Shown: positions 12,846 through 25,808, counted from the stretch's first letter. The stretch: DNA of 64,000 bases from Octopus sinensis (GCF_006345805.1 NC_043007.1:34472001-34536000), one strand, 5' to 3'. Translations and numbers: made by a program. The notes: generated from the letters alone by a model not told the origin.

Positions 12846-13226
12846 TGGAAGCACTCCGTCGGTTACGACGATGAGGGTTCCGGTTGATCCGATCAACGGA
12901 ACAGCCTGCTCGTGAAATTAACGTGTAAGTGGCTGAGCACTCCACAGACACGTGCACCCTTAACGTAGTTCTCGGGGATATTCAGCGTGACACAGAGAGT
13001 GACAAGGCCGGCCCCTTGAAATACAGGTACAAAGAAACAGGAAGTAAGAGTGAGAGAAAGTTGTGGTGAAAGAGTACAGCAGGGATCACCACCATCCTCT
13101 GCCGGAGCCTCGTGGAGCTTTAGGTGTTTTCGCTCAATAAACACTCACAACGCCCGGTCTGGGAATCGAAACCGCGATCCTATGACCGCGAGTCCGCTAC
13201 CCTAACCACTGGGCCATTGCGCCTCC
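12846..13226 (-). mobile_element. SINE family C, tail type 2
   Basis: Same head and body as 7661-7963 but a different tail ending GAACCCTCATCGTCGTAACCGACGGAGTGCTTCCA. Confidence 0.9.
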
Positions 13227-13441
13227 TTCCCCCCGTGTATTGTGTTGAAGAAAGAAGGCTTAGTTTTTGCATTAATCCAGAAACTGGAACCAGTTTACAA
13301 TTACGGTGAGATTTTGTTAATGGTCCCTCACTAACCCACTTTCAGCCATGTGTATATTTAGCTGGAGATTTTGGTAGTTTTTTTAATGCATCGGCAGTTC
13401 AAGCATGCTGGAGACAGGTCGTTTTCGCCCTAGCTCCCTTG

Positions 13442-13491
<50 letters not shown>

Positions 13492-13826
13492 TATATATAT
13501 TATATATATATATATGCTCGAAATGAGGAGTAGATAGACAGCCGACAACTGATGACGGTCGTTCTGTGTTTACTTTTCCTGATTTACATTCTTCTCTCGT
13601 TGTTTGCATATTTAACTCGTTTGCTTTCGTACTTAATGTTGTTTACACAGTTGGTGACGTCCGGTACCCATATATTTTTGTTCAATACAGAGACGATGGT
13701 TAATGATAATAATTTCAAAACTTACGACAGAGCGAAATAGATATTCCAAAGTCACAGCAACATTTGAGCCGACTAATTAAGAATTATGAGATCGTTGATG
13801 TGTTTTGGTCAGAATTTTTCGGGTCA

Positions 13827-14060
13827 ACCTATTTCTTTATTACCCACAAGGGGCTAAACACTGAAGGGACGAACAAGGACAGACATAGGTATTAAGTCGA
13901 TTACATCGACCCCAGTGCGTAACTGGTACTTAATTTATCGACCCCGAAAGGATGAAAGGCAAAGTCGACCTCGGCGGAATTTGAACTCAGAACGTAACGG
14001 CAGACGAAATACGGCTACGCATTTCGCCCGGCGGGCTAACGTTTCTGCCAGCTCGCTGCC
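13827..14060 (-). mobile_element. tRNA-derived SINE family B, tail type 1
   Basis: GCGAGCTGGCAGAAACGTTAG...GAGTTCAAATTCC (A/B-box-like), GTCGACTTTGCCTTTCATCCTTTCGGGGTCGATAAA body, tail GCCCCTTGTGGGTAATAAAGAAATA. Confidence 0.85.
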
Positions 14061-14413
14061 ATTTAGCCGTCACATTAGCGAAATGAATTACAAAAAAGTG
14101 TTGACGAAGAATAACTGATAGAAAGAGCGGGGAAGCCAAAATATGCGTTTTTCTGAAAGCATGCCTTCCGTATTTATTTTGTCGAGATAAAAGAAAAAAG
14201 AATCTTACTGGCATTGAAATGATAATTATTGAAAGATAGGGTGGGGGAGACAAAAGATTTCATGTGCGCTTTTCTTGAAGCATTCCTAGTGTAAGCAAAA
14301 TGGAACCACAGCAAAGGATCAATCTGGATGGGTTTCCTTTGAAACAAAGTCACTTTTTTAGGTCAGTTTCCAATGATTTGGACAACATTCATTTTCATAG
14401 CATTTTTTCCAAT

Positions 14414-14484
14414 GGCCCGATAACTGAAGAGATGCTGGCGTGGGTTTCCGCCCCGACATCCGAAACTCGGAGTTTTATCATGCC
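14414..14484 (+). ncRNA. Type I hammerhead ribozyme candidate with intact core
   Basis: gataa-CTGAAGA-gatg..ggcg/cgcc..catc-c-GAA-ACTC(G)GAGT-T-ttatc; stem I gataa/ttatc extended by ggc/gcc; near-palindromic stem III; GUU site at 14472-14474. Confidence 0.65.
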
Positions 14485-14619
14485 TACCGAATAATTGTCA
14501 CATATATTTACAAATACACACACATACACATACACACACAGACACTGACACAGACAGACAGACAGACACACACACACATATATATATATACATATATATT
14601 CACACTTATATACATAGAA

Positions 14620-14799
14620 CAGTGCTTTTCAAACTTTTTGCTGGAGCGGAACCCTCAAGGAAACATTCCACTGGCTCGAAGAACCCCTGTGCAATAATTT
14701 AATAGTCTTATGTACACATATCTGCACAGGAGAATTAAAAATTACTGCCGATTTTAGCAGTTTTGTAACTTCTTGCGGAACCCCGGTTGAAAACCACTG
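14620..14799. mobile_element. hAT-superfamily MITE (180 bp)
   Basis: TIRs CAGTGCTTTTCAA / TTGAAAACCACTG (one mismatch); perfect 8-bp TSD ACATAGAA at 14612-14619 and 14800-14807. Confidence 0.9.
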
Positions 14800-14837
14800 A
14801 CATAGAAGGCCTATTTCAGTTTTCAAGTACCATATCC

Positions 14838-14965
14838 GATCACAAATCTTTAATCGGCCCAAGGCTATAGTTGAAGGCATTTGCCCAAGGTGCTATGCAG
14901 TGGGACTGAACCCAGAATCATGTAGTTGGCAAGCAGACTTCTAGCACCACAGCCACGCCTGCGCC
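14838..14965 (-). mobile_element. SINE family A, diverged 5' half
   Basis: GTGGGACTGAACCC and TTGCCCAAGG match the family A head. Confidence 0.7.
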
Positions 14966-16329
14966 ACCCCACTCCCCATACATGCCATGTATATATATTT
15001 ATTTCTTTATGTATACGAATATACACGTATGTATGTATGTATGTATGTATGTATGTATGTATGCATGCATGCATGCATGTGTGTATGTATGTATGTGCGT
15101 GTATGTATGTATGTATGTATGTATGTATGTATGTATGTATGTATGTGCGTGTATGTATGTATGTATGTATTATGTATGTATGTATGTATGCATGCATGTG
15201 TGTGCAGATTTGTACGTATGGTAACCATGAAAATACTAAAACCAAATTTTTGAAAAGTGCAAATGAAAAAGCGTTCTATAATTTTTAGTATGTTCTAATA
15301 TTGGTAATTCTATTCGTGAGTAGTGGGCTCTGGTTTAAATCTATTTTAAAGTGATGCAGTGTTTAATACGGTTTAATAATTATGGAATATTTAAAACAGC
15401 TGCTCAATTAGGTTGTCATATGACGGATTATCGCATTAAGTTTACCCGCAAGGGAGATAATAGAAAAAAATTGCAAGAACTCTTAGAAAGAATTTGGTAA
15501 TATGGAAGTAGACAAACATGAATTTATTATCAAGATATTAATTAACGTGTAAAGAAAAAAACGCGTTGCGTAAAATCTACTTTTATTTCAAATATAACGA
15601 GTACGAGTAAAAAAAGGTAGTGAAGTTAAGAAAAGAATATATATTAAAACAATTTGTTGAGTTCTGTGTTATTGACGCAAATATCAGCAAATTCATATTG
15701 GAAAAAATCTCAGATCAGGGAGTTTCTCTAGGTTGAGCTGAAAATTCTCACTGTTCCGGTACGAAGTACATAGGGTGAGAAATTTGCAGGAAAGAATCAC
15801 AAGACATATTCTTAAAGCCGAACAGGAGAAGTAGAGGGAAATCACGAACGATACGCGTAGTTTTTAATTGGCCACGCTTGACAATACACTCGGATACTAA
15901 ATATATGATATATTAATCACTATATAAATGTACACATGCTATGGTTATTTTTAAAGAATATGTAAAACTCTTTCTAAGAATACGTACATAGGTCTGTATA
16001 CAAAGTAACAAGGTGTTAAATGTTTTTGCAAGAGTGTATTGAAAAAAATTATTTAAAAGAAATAAGTTAGGATGAATCTAATTCCTATAATATTTTTAAA
16101 TGCTAACACAAATCATTGCATTTTAATGGATGAATTTCGAAAAAGTATCAGACAAAAAAGAAAGAAAAACCCACCTTGCACAAAATATACCTACACTTCA
16201 GCATGCAAGTGTATTCAAGCAATCCAATAATGATTATATACATACATATATATCGATGTTGCATAGCCGTTGACCGTGGAACATCAATATCCCTCCCTGT
16301 GTTTTCATTTCCACAAACGCCAACTTAAT

Positions 16330-16655
16330 TTAATTCGTCCTTAGTCGAAAGACACTTGTTATGTCCTGTTATTATTTTTATTGTATTTGTGTAACATTGT
16401 CCGTTTGTTTTCCGTCCTTGTTTGTGTATACATTCGCTGCTTTCTTCCAAGGAATCTAATGCTCTTAGATTAGTTTTTCCTTGGGGCTGGCCAGACTGGA
16501 GCAATCTCACGTAAAAGCAGTCGAAATCGTGAAGATAATCTGGTACTTGACTAAGGAAAGAAAACTTCGAATGACTCGTCCGTGTTTTTTTTTGTATCGT
16601 CTATCTGAATGTTTTGCGTTCTTGTCCCATTTTGTATTTTTTATATACATACAGA
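16330..16655 (+). repeat. Interspersed repeat family F, copy 2
   Basis: Homologous to 10450-10840 in opposite orientation; ends in a (CA)/(TA) array. Confidence 0.75.
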
Positions 16656-16675
16656 CAGACAGGCATTTATGTATG

Positions 16676-16723
<48 letters not shown>

Positions 16724-17090
16724 TATATATATGTATTTATATATATATAGACACAACACACATACACATATACACACGTATATATGAATATGTATAACAT
16801 ATATGTGTGCCCGAGTGTCTGGTGTGTGTAATCGTTGTTAGAATACAGCTTATATGCTTTTATGCAGATATATTTTGTGCAAGTTCTATTTATTTATTTA
16901 TTTAGAAAGTTTAGCCCAGTTTATCGAAATATTTTCTGCGAAAGAACTCAATACATAACGAAAAAGGAATTGATATATTTATTATATGAAAGTTGACATT
17001 TCACCAAAGTTTTATCCAAAGCTGTTCACAAATTGGTAAAAGCTCATTCTTTTGGATGCAATCCTAGTATTTTAAGGACGCACTCGCACG

Positions 17091-17156
<66 letters not shown>

Positions 17157-17868
17157 CACGCACACACACACACACACACACTCACATATAGATTAATAAA
17201 TCATGTATCAAAACGCTAAACTGCTTTCTAAAAAAAAACATCTACACTTATACATACTATATACGACAATATTGAAAAATAGTCTGTCTATAAATGAAAT
17301 TATAAAGAAAAAAATCTTATAATATTCAAATGAACGGGCGGACCATCAAAAGCGTACTTCCGAGAAAATATTTCGCAGACATTGCGGCCGATGTAGCGGA
17401 ATTGATATAAGTATACGTGATAGCAAACACATCTGTATATGGGGAAATAAAAAAAAAATACATTATTCGTATAAATTGTAATATCTTATATAAATCATTA
17501 CTTTAATTGGGCAAAAAAGTACACAGCAGAGCAAAATATGAATACATAAGTATTTATACACACATAGCAAAAACATAATAAATATTATAATTCAAAAATC
17601 ATTTTGAAACACATGCAATTAAATATTAGCTAATGAAAATATTTATCAAAACAACATAATCATATATAAAAATAAAATATTATACACACTCGCATCAAAA
17701 TTGTAGCTTATGCATATACACGTCTGGTAAAAAAATTGAAACAACATATACTGATATCTATGCATATACATATACCTACATACATGATGGCCGTCCACTC
17801 GTGACCGAGGAAGACTATTGCTGACCTTTAGGAATATTGTGCGCTCTAAGACTAATATTTTGAATTTA

Positions 17869-18254
17869 TGGAATGGAAGCACTCCGTCGGTTACGACGAC
17901 GAGGGTTCCGGTTGATCCGATCAACGGAACAGCCTGCTCGTGAAATTAACGTGCAAGTGGCTGAGCACTCCACAGACACGTGTACCTTTACGTAGTTCTC
18001 GGGGATATTCAGCGTGACACAGAGAGTGACAAGGCCGGCCCTTTGAAATACAGGTACAACAGAAACAGGAAGTAAGAGTGAGAGAAAGTTGTGGTGAAAA
18101 AGTACAGCAGGGATCACCACCATCCCTGTGGAGCCTCGTGGAGCTTTAGGTGTTTTCGCTCAATAAACTCACACAACGCCCGGTCTGGGAATCGAAACCG
18201 CGATCCTACGACCGCGAGTCCGCTGCCCTAACCACTGGGCCATTGCGCCTCCAC
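17869..18254 (-). mobile_element. SINE family C, tail type 2
   Basis: Near-identical to 12846-13226; abuts the RTE fragment. Confidence 0.9.
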
Positions 18255-18255
18255 T

Positions 18256-19362
18256 TTGCATTTATGACTCCGTTGATGGCTGTCATTTGCGTCAGCAGCA
18301 GCCTGAACATCACGAGCAAGATCCTCCCACCAAGTGTTTTGCATCTTCCCGAGAGATCGCTGCAGTAGCGATTTTACTCGGCTATAGTGGGCGAGTGGTA
18401 GATCGCTGCACAGCTGAAATTCTTCTGTGTAGCAATACATTGTGGGCATTGATGCTTTACAACTAATAGTCGCTGAACTTCAGCATCATTTTCATCAAAC
18501 CAGTCTCTGTGTCTGGCAGTAGCACACCCCAGCGTTTCAGTAGCACATTGAAGAACCTGGTTCCGAAAACTTCCCATACTGTAGTATTTTTCAATGCTGG
18601 ACAAGCGAGTCTGAAGCCCTTTCCTCAACACAGCATTATATATCTTGTGGACATTCAGACGCCGAGGAATGCCAACTGGCTCTCTTCTCTCTTTCACTCC
18701 AATCATCATCCGGAACTTTGCTCGCACCAGACTGGTTTGGCCAGCATTCCGATCCACGAAAGGACTTGATATTACAAATGTCATAGATGTCATGCTTGCG
18801 GATGATGACAATCCAGTAAATACCAAACTTTAGACCTTGGATGCATCTGCATTGTTGTGTGATCATCTTTGTGCATAAAATGAGTGCTTGCGATGTAAAG
18901 TCCATGTTCATCGCAAAGCTCCAGCAGCATGAAACCATTGCTATTCATTTTCCCTAAGCCAATATGTCCTAGAAAGTTCCATGTCTGCCAGTCTGTTCCA
19001 ACCCTAGCATTGAAATTTCCCAGTAGAATGATTTTATCAGAACTGGGAATTTTTCTAAGTATGGCTCTCAGCTGGATATAAAAAATAGTTTTATCTTCAT
19101 CACTAGTCAAAGTAGGTGCATAGCCACTTATTAGAGTAGCAAACCGCCCATCGTTCAAGTACATTCGTAGAGTCATTTGACGTTCATTTATAGGAACAGG
19201 AAGCTTCTCCAACTTCTTAAGGATATCAGATCGAACTGTAAAGCCAACACCAGCCTCTCCGTGCTCTTCATTCAGTCTCCCCTTCCAAAATAAAGGTGTA
19301 TCCACCGCCTACTTCCTCAAGCTGACCATCACCTTCTATACGAGTCTCTGAAGTCCAGCTAT
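18256..19362 (-). pseudogene. RTE-clade LINE fragment, AP-endonuclease domain (frameshifted)
   Basis: Motifs GLQ-TRIEGDGQLEEVGGGY, GVGF, YAPT, IILLGNFNARVG, GKMNSNG, HPRSK-W-LLD, WFDEND, DVQAAADAND are typical of the RTE/BovB-like ORF N-terminus (ORFs 18790..19305 and 18374..18826). Confidence 0.85.
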
Positions 19363-20177
19363 AAATAAAACAAATGCAAGACAGTAAGAATGAGGTGTGA
19401 TATTAGCGGGGAAACGAAAACATATCTAACATAACAGGGGTTCCCCTTCGTCCGCTGTCTATCGGATATCAATGTGATTTCGACACCTTAATTGAAATGT
19501 TTGATTGCTACTTCGGAACTTTGGTTAAGAGTGATCTTTCAATTTATTGTTTGACTGTTTTTATACACAACTTTACACAAGAAACAACAAGCATTATTAT
19601 AAACGTCTGCTTGGGAAACTATAATAAATATGTATAGAATCTAAAATAAGACAATATGAGTAGAAATGTAAGTATACAAATGAGGAATAAATAAAAAAAA
19701 AAGTAAATAGTAGACTTCATCTTCAGACTAATCATTACACCGCAAACAACTTCAATAAATGTATAAGTAAACAAATTAATTAGAAACCTAGAATAGAAAA
19801 TTAAGTGCAATTAAATTTGTAAACAACAAATGCTACCTGGCAAAAGTTCAGAAAGGAACTACTTTGAAAGAATGATTAACTGTTATAAATTATTCTCTCT
19901 CAAAGTAGTAACTCAACCAGGCATATACATAAGTATTCATATAAGAGCGTAACTGAAACAATGTGGAAATTCATACCAAAAGAAAAAAAGAAACATTTTA
20001 AGCTCCTCCTAAGGGTCTAGTGGTAAGTGGGGGCTGGTGGCTTAGCCTTTTGAATTGAACCCACAGCAATAACCAAACCATTTATCATTTGTATTCATCA
20101 TTCTACAAAAATAAGGAAGTATCTTTTACACGTAAATAAACAGAAACATAAGCACTTTTACACACATGCACACACAC

Positions 20178-20212
<35 letters not shown>

Positions 20213-20254
20213 AAAGGCCAAATAGAAATGGACAATGGAAAAAAACATCGAATT

Positions 20255-20427
20255 CTCATATATCACTTTCCTGTTCAAGCACAACTGTCTAAAGCATCTC
20301 AAAATCCTTACTTTACATGTAATGAAATTCGTATATAAAAGTCTCATATATCACTTTCCTGTCCAAGCACAACTGTCTAAAGCACCTCAAAAGCTTCACT
20401 TTATATGTAATGAAATTCGTATATAAA
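20255..20427. repeat. Tandem duplication, 88-bp unit x2
   Basis: CTCATATATCACTTTCCTGT...GAAATTCGTATATAAA starts at 20255 and again at 20343. Confidence 0.9.
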
Positions 20428-20435
20428 TGTCACTA

Positions 20436-20650
20436 GGGCAGCGAGCTGGCAGTTATCGTTTGTACGGCGAGCAAAATGCTTAGCGGCGTTTCATTCGTCT
20501 TTACGTTCTGAGTTCAAATTCAGCTGAGGTCGATTTTGCCTTTCCTCCTTTCGGGGTCGATAAAATAAGTACTAGTTGGACACTGGGGGTTGATGTAATC
20601 GACTTAGCCCCTCTACCGAACTTGCTAGCCTAGGGCCAAAATTTGAAATC
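20436..20650 (+). mobile_element. SINE family B, tail type 2
   Basis: Family B head and body; tail GAACTTGCTAGCCTAGGGCCAAAATTTGAA differs from type 1. Confidence 0.75.
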
Positions 20651-20727
20651 AATCTATAAAAGTCATTAATCTCTGCTATATGCAAAATAGAAATGTAATT
20701 ATGAAATTGAAAAACGTTTGAATAGTA

Positions 20728-21294
20728 TTGGGTTGTCCGGAAAGTTCGTGCCGATTTATAGTAGCTTACCTTTCGAGTTATTTTAGAACATGATTGGGTC
20801 CATAAAATAGGATTTGACTACACCTCCATTTAGAGCACAGTTTAAGCTATCTTTTCATGGAAGAATGTTTATGTTCCTATAATCTGTGTTAATTCTGTAA
20901 CCCTTTAAAATGGAAGATAAGAAAGTTCATTTTCGGCACTTGATGCTTTGGGAACCAGACAAAAAATGCTGCAGCTCGGCTGGGATGTGTTACCCCACCC
21001 TCCATATTCACCAGATATTGCTCCTTCGGATTTCCACTTATTTAGGTCCCTGCAGAATAGTCTTAATGGTAAAAACTTCAATTCCTTGGATGACGTAAAA
21101 AGATACCTTTTATGAATTCTTTGCCATATAACCACCTCAATTCTGGGAGGAGGGTATTTTCAAGTTAAAGAAAAGATGGAGACGCATTGTGCAACAAAAT
21201 GATTCATATTTGGTTGATTAAAAATGTAATGGCAAGTATTTATTGACATTTTTCTTTTCTTTAAAAATCGGCACGAACTTTCCGGACAACCCGA
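20728..21294 (+). mobile_element. Internally deleted mariner element
   Basis: TIRs TTGGGTTGTCCGGAAAGTTCGTGCCGATTT / AAATCGGCACGAACTTTCCGGACAACCCGA; TA on both sides; transposase remnants MEDKKVHFRHLMLWE and PHPPYSPDIAPSDFHLFRSLQN...ERWRRIVQQN (mariner YSPDLAPSD motif). Confidence 0.92.
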
Positions 21295-22330
21295 TATAAA
21301 ATAATATACAATATGAAAAGTAAATATAAAACTGAAGCAATAAAAAGTTTCTGTGTATCGGTCAACATTCTTTATTTGTATCGTTATCTACTAAATGTTG
21401 TTATTACGAGCGACAAAAATAAAAAAAAGATGATAACGTCAGTACAATAGTTCGACGTTTATGTGAGGTGTTGGATCAGGAATAACGTAGTTGACGTCGT
21501 ATGTTTCTAGGAGTTTGCTGTTTATGGTGTGTTGCTACCATCGTCGTCGACGACCATTGTTTTTGGTGCCAGTTCTCCGGTGCTATCTGCTGCTTGATGG
21601 TTAAAATGCACTAAATGTATAGCCGATGTTTTTGGTCAGAAAAAGCGTGACAACCAGTGTTGATGCGTTTAAATCCCTATAGCTTAATGATCAAGCAAAA
21701 AGAAAAGAGTAGAATAAGTAACAAGCGTAAGAAAAAACGTAAGTACCGGGGGCGATTCGTTCAACTAAAATTCTTCAACGCAGTACTCCAGCATGGCCGC
21801 AAGTCTAATGATTGAAACAAGTGAAAGATAAACGATAAGAGACATGGGAAAAAAAGCAGCAATCAAACGTTACCTGAAGGATCACTCAAAACTGTAGTAC
21901 AGAATATAAAATTCGCTTTTACAAAGAAAATATGGCCAATGACTTCAGTTTTGTTTCTCACCGGTTTATCCAGACAGTTAGAGGAACCTACTGTCCATAG
22001 CTAAACTTCAACCGTTCAAGAATTTGGACCTGGAGATCTCCCATTCCAGCGACTTCGAGGGTCACCTCCTAGTGGTGTCGGGCGTCAACGAAGAGCCCTC
22101 GACTACAACAAGACGACCAAAGTGCTTTTTTTTCTTCCAAGGTCTGGGGTCTCCCGCCCTTAAGCCCTAGACCATCACCTAATCACCCTTACCCGTCTTG
22201 TTGCTTAACAATAACAACAACAACTAAACTTCAAAGTTACTGTCGAACTCTTTCTTGTCCGTGTGTGTGAATATGACTGTTGTATTATTACACGTTATCT
22301 CTCATCTAAATAGGAAACATACAAACTGAC

Positions 22331-22377
<47 letters not shown>

Positions 22378-23272
22378 TGTGTGTGTGTGTGTGTAGAAAA
22401 GCGATAAAGAATGAAAGAATGAGAGAGAGAAAGAAGAATGAATCATAGTTCATAACCATAGTTCATTTACAACATCAGAAAGAAAACTATCTTTCTCTCA
22501 ACTTAGAGAACAGTTTTACAGTTCAATAAAGCAGCAGTTAAGATGACCTTTAAATATGGGGCATTATGCTTCAATGAAACAATGGTGAGAGCCGTCTTCA
22601 AAGACGGTGTCACGGCTCATTGAATTTATCTGATTCGACATCCTTTCACAAGATGCCAGATCTGAAATGTTCCAAATCGGTGCCAATGTTAGAAATGTCA
22701 TATCAATATTAAAGAACGTCTGCGGTGGAGATGTCAAAGAGAATTGTTGTGGATTTCCGTTAACACATTTTACATTCGGACTTCATCGCCATCTTAGACT
22801 CTCATGCCAAAGAATCAGAGAGATCTACGTGGAGTAGGGGTAGTGTTTTTTTGTTGTTGTTTTTTTTTGTCTTTCAAGAAACAACTTGACCGCCATCTGT
22901 CCAAGGTCCCAGATTAACCTACATTACGGCACCCGATTGTCGCCGTTTTATATACTGGCCGTATATAGAATTTCGAGGCGACATGTAAAAATCAAAACAG
23001 AATCAGGTCGGTTTTCTCTCAAAGCTTAAGGCTCATTTATTCGGGCTGACCACAAAGGATGTCCATCTGATAGTCTGTGACAACTGCATATGTATGGTGG
23101 TGAGGCGAGTTTTAATACCAGAAAAGAATCTACCTGCCTCTGTGTGTGTGTGTGTGTGCGTGTGTGTGTGTGTGTTCCTCTTTTTCTCTCTCTCTTTTCC
23201 AGAGGTTTCTGCCCTAAGTTGTGACCCAGCAACGTGTACCACATCTTAGATCGTTCTTGTATTGCAGTCGGA

Positions 23273-23645
23273 GTGGAGGCGCAATGGCCCAGTGGTTAGG
23301 GCAGCGGACTCGCGGTCGTAGGATCGTGGTTTCGATTCCCAAACCGGGCGTTGTGAGTGTTTATTGAGCGAAAAAAACACCTAAAAGCTCCACGAGGTGA
23401 TCCCTGCTGCACTCTTTCACCACAACTTTCTCTCACTCTTACTTCCTGTTTCTGTTGTACCTGTATTTCAAAGGGCCGGCCTTGTCACTCTCTGTGTCAC
23501 GCTGAATATCCCCGAGAACTACGTTAAGGGTACACGTGTCTGTGGAGTGCTCAGCCACTTACACGTTAATTTCACGAGCAGGCTGTTCCGTTGATCGGAT
23601 CAACCGGAACCCTCGTCGTCGTAACCGACGGAGTGCTTCCATCCA
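23273..23645 (+). mobile_element. SINE family C, tail type 2, small internal deletion
   Basis: Homologous to 12846-13226; lacks the short segment after CTCCACGAGG. Confidence 0.9.
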
Positions 23646-23903
23646 TTGCAGTCGGAGGTATAGATGCGTGTTTGTGTGTGGGGGTGGGGAAGCTGTATGC
23701 TGAATTTTCGAATCAGAAAGACAATTGTCAGTGAGCTTTCATGTCTTGTTAACCAGGTTGTTTTTTTTTTAAATCCATTCTTTGTTCGTGTTCAAACCAG
23801 TGAAGATTTCTATTTACTATCTCTTTCATGTTAAAGAACTTCACTTTCTCTACCTCTTCCACATCTTTCCAATCTGTCTTAAGTGACTCATCATAAGCAT
23901 ATA

Positions 23904-23904
<1 letters not shown>

Positions 23905-23957
<53 letters not shown>

Positions 23958-24016
23958 CTGTAGGAGTAGCAGATTATCACCATCAACAGCAGCAGAAGTA
24001 GCAGCAGCAACAACAA

Positions 24017-24052
<36 letters not shown>

Positions 24053-24127
24053 TAGTAGTAGTAAGTAGCTGTAGGAGTAGCAGATTATCACCATCAACAG
24101 CAGCAGAAGTAGCAGCAGCAACAACAA

Positions 24128-24166
<39 letters not shown>

Positions 24167-24197
24167 TGGCAGTAGCAGTAGCAACTCATCATCGTCC

Positions 24198-24228
<31 letters not shown>

Positions 24229-24380
24229 CATTATCAGCAGCAGTGATAGTAATAGCGGCAGCAGCAACAGTAGCAGCAGCAACAACAACAACAGCAGCAG
24301 TAGTTGAAGTAGTAGTTGTAGCAGTTGTTGCTGTTGTTGTTGTTGTTGTTTCGCCAGAATTACCCTCTAACCCAGTAGAC

Positions 24381-24435
<55 letters not shown>

Positions 24436-24463
24436 TAATAATAATAATAATAATAATATAATG

Positions 24464-24507
<44 letters not shown>

Positions 24508-24510
24508 TAA
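23905..24510. repeat. Compound triplet array (AGT, AGC, AAC, ATC, AAT) with a 111-bp higher-order duplication
   Basis: GCTGTAGGAGTAGCAGATTATCACCATCAACAGCAGCAGAAG at 23957 and 24068. Confidence 0.9.
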
Positions 24511-24955
24511 TCATAAAACGTTTTCACTGAATAATAAAAATAATCAAAAACGTTTTCACCGCGATGATGCCCATTCATTAGTCCGACATAGTGTATCTAG
24601 GATAACATTACCAGATGTGTCAGTCCCTCATTTGTAAGACAGTAGAGGGTGATATCAATAGTAATTTGTATGCTGCACTTCAACGTACGTGGACCAAGAA
24701 GCAACACAGAAGCATTACTTGCAAAAGCGTGTTCAGCGATTTTTAAGAAGGTTGAGTACGAATTCGAGGGAGTTTGCTGTTAATTGAAGATTTAGCCAAT
24801 AGGATTTCAGTTGCTGTAGTTTCAATTTCACAAATTTTTGTATTTAACATCTTTTCCTTCTCGTTAATGACCTTGGACACTCGCTATTCGAAATATTGGA
24901 TCTCTTAGATATAACTCGTGTGCCTCGGGTTGCGAAACGTTCCTATAGATCATCA

Positions 24956-25160
24956 CCTTCAATTACACTACACAAGCGCCATCTTAATTATATCAAAATA
25001 GCGCCGTTTTAATTACCGCAAATAGGCACAATTTTAATTACACTAAGCGAACGCTGTTTTAATTAAACCGAAAAGGCATCGTTTTAATTAAACTAAAAAG
25101 CAGGTGACATTTTAATTATATCAAAAAGATGTCGAATAATTATATGAAATATGCGCCATA
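24956..25160. repeat. Degenerate 25-bp minisatellite, 8 units anchored on (T)AATTA
   Basis: AATTA starts at 24961, 24986, 25011, 25036, 25061, 25086, 25114 and 25138. Confidence 0.85.
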
Positions 25161-25418
25161 TTGATGCATTTTGTATCAATATTGGACTTAAATAATACTT
25201 CGCAAATTTGGCGTAAGGTTAGGAAGTTGAGGACAAGTTTTCAGTCGTTGTAAGTTGCCCCAGTATTTCACTGGTACCTATTCTATTATCTCTAGATAAA
25301 AGAGCTGAATTGTCTTAATTTGGACAGCATGTGATCTCACAACGAGAATGTATCTAACTGAATACTGCAGTCACTTCAAACACTGCAGTCATTGGTTTAA
25401 TAACTTCCCTGTTCGTAA

Positions 25419-25808
25419 TCGATATATATAAAGCTGAAGTTGTCTGTGTGTGGCAGGTTTGGTAGCCTTCAACTAACACTATCTCCTCCGAGACCTTGCG
25501 GCGCAAGTTGACCAAAATTGAGAGTATGATAGAAGAAGGCTTGCTCTTCATTCCGTAGAAGATAAAAGTCAAATCGGACCATGTTAGGACCAAAAATTAT
25601 TTACATCAAAAAGGTGCTTTTTTTCTATGAAAATCCCTATCTTTTACGATTTTTTTACTGCTGTGTCGCCACTTTTCTGTGTATTTCAACCAGAAAGATG
25701 TTCACTTAAAGAGAATAACAAGCTACATAATGCAAAATTTTTACTTTTCAAAAATTCCAATTCTAAAGGGTCAAAACAAACCCGTGCAACGCCGGGCGAT
25801 ACTGCTAG
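25419..25808 (+). mobile_element. Non-autonomous Helitron
   Basis: 5' TC then TATATATAAAG..TTGTCTGTGTG; 3' hairpin CCCGTGCAACGCCGGG followed by CTAG (25805-25808); A|T insertion context. Confidence 0.75.

Noticed and set aside
13549-13600. CTGATGA as a hammerhead core
   Set aside because: No stem II or downstream GAAA within range.
14300-14494. 64-aa ORF as a host exon
   Set aside because: No recognisable domain; its 3' half is better explained as a hammerhead fold.
23273-23350. tRNA-like sequence with A and B boxes (also in families A, B and D)
   Set aside because: The acceptor stem does not pair and each copy continues into a SINE body, so these are SINE heads rather than tRNA genes.
23891-24514. 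207-aa ORF and possible poly-Q reading of the triplet array
   Set aside because: Pure triplet-repeat translation; the plus-strand poly-Q frame is interrupted by TAG.
24956-25160. CRISPR-like repeat-spacer appearance
   Set aside because: The constant part is only 6-9 bp, spacers are mutually related, there are no cas genes, and the context is eukaryotic.
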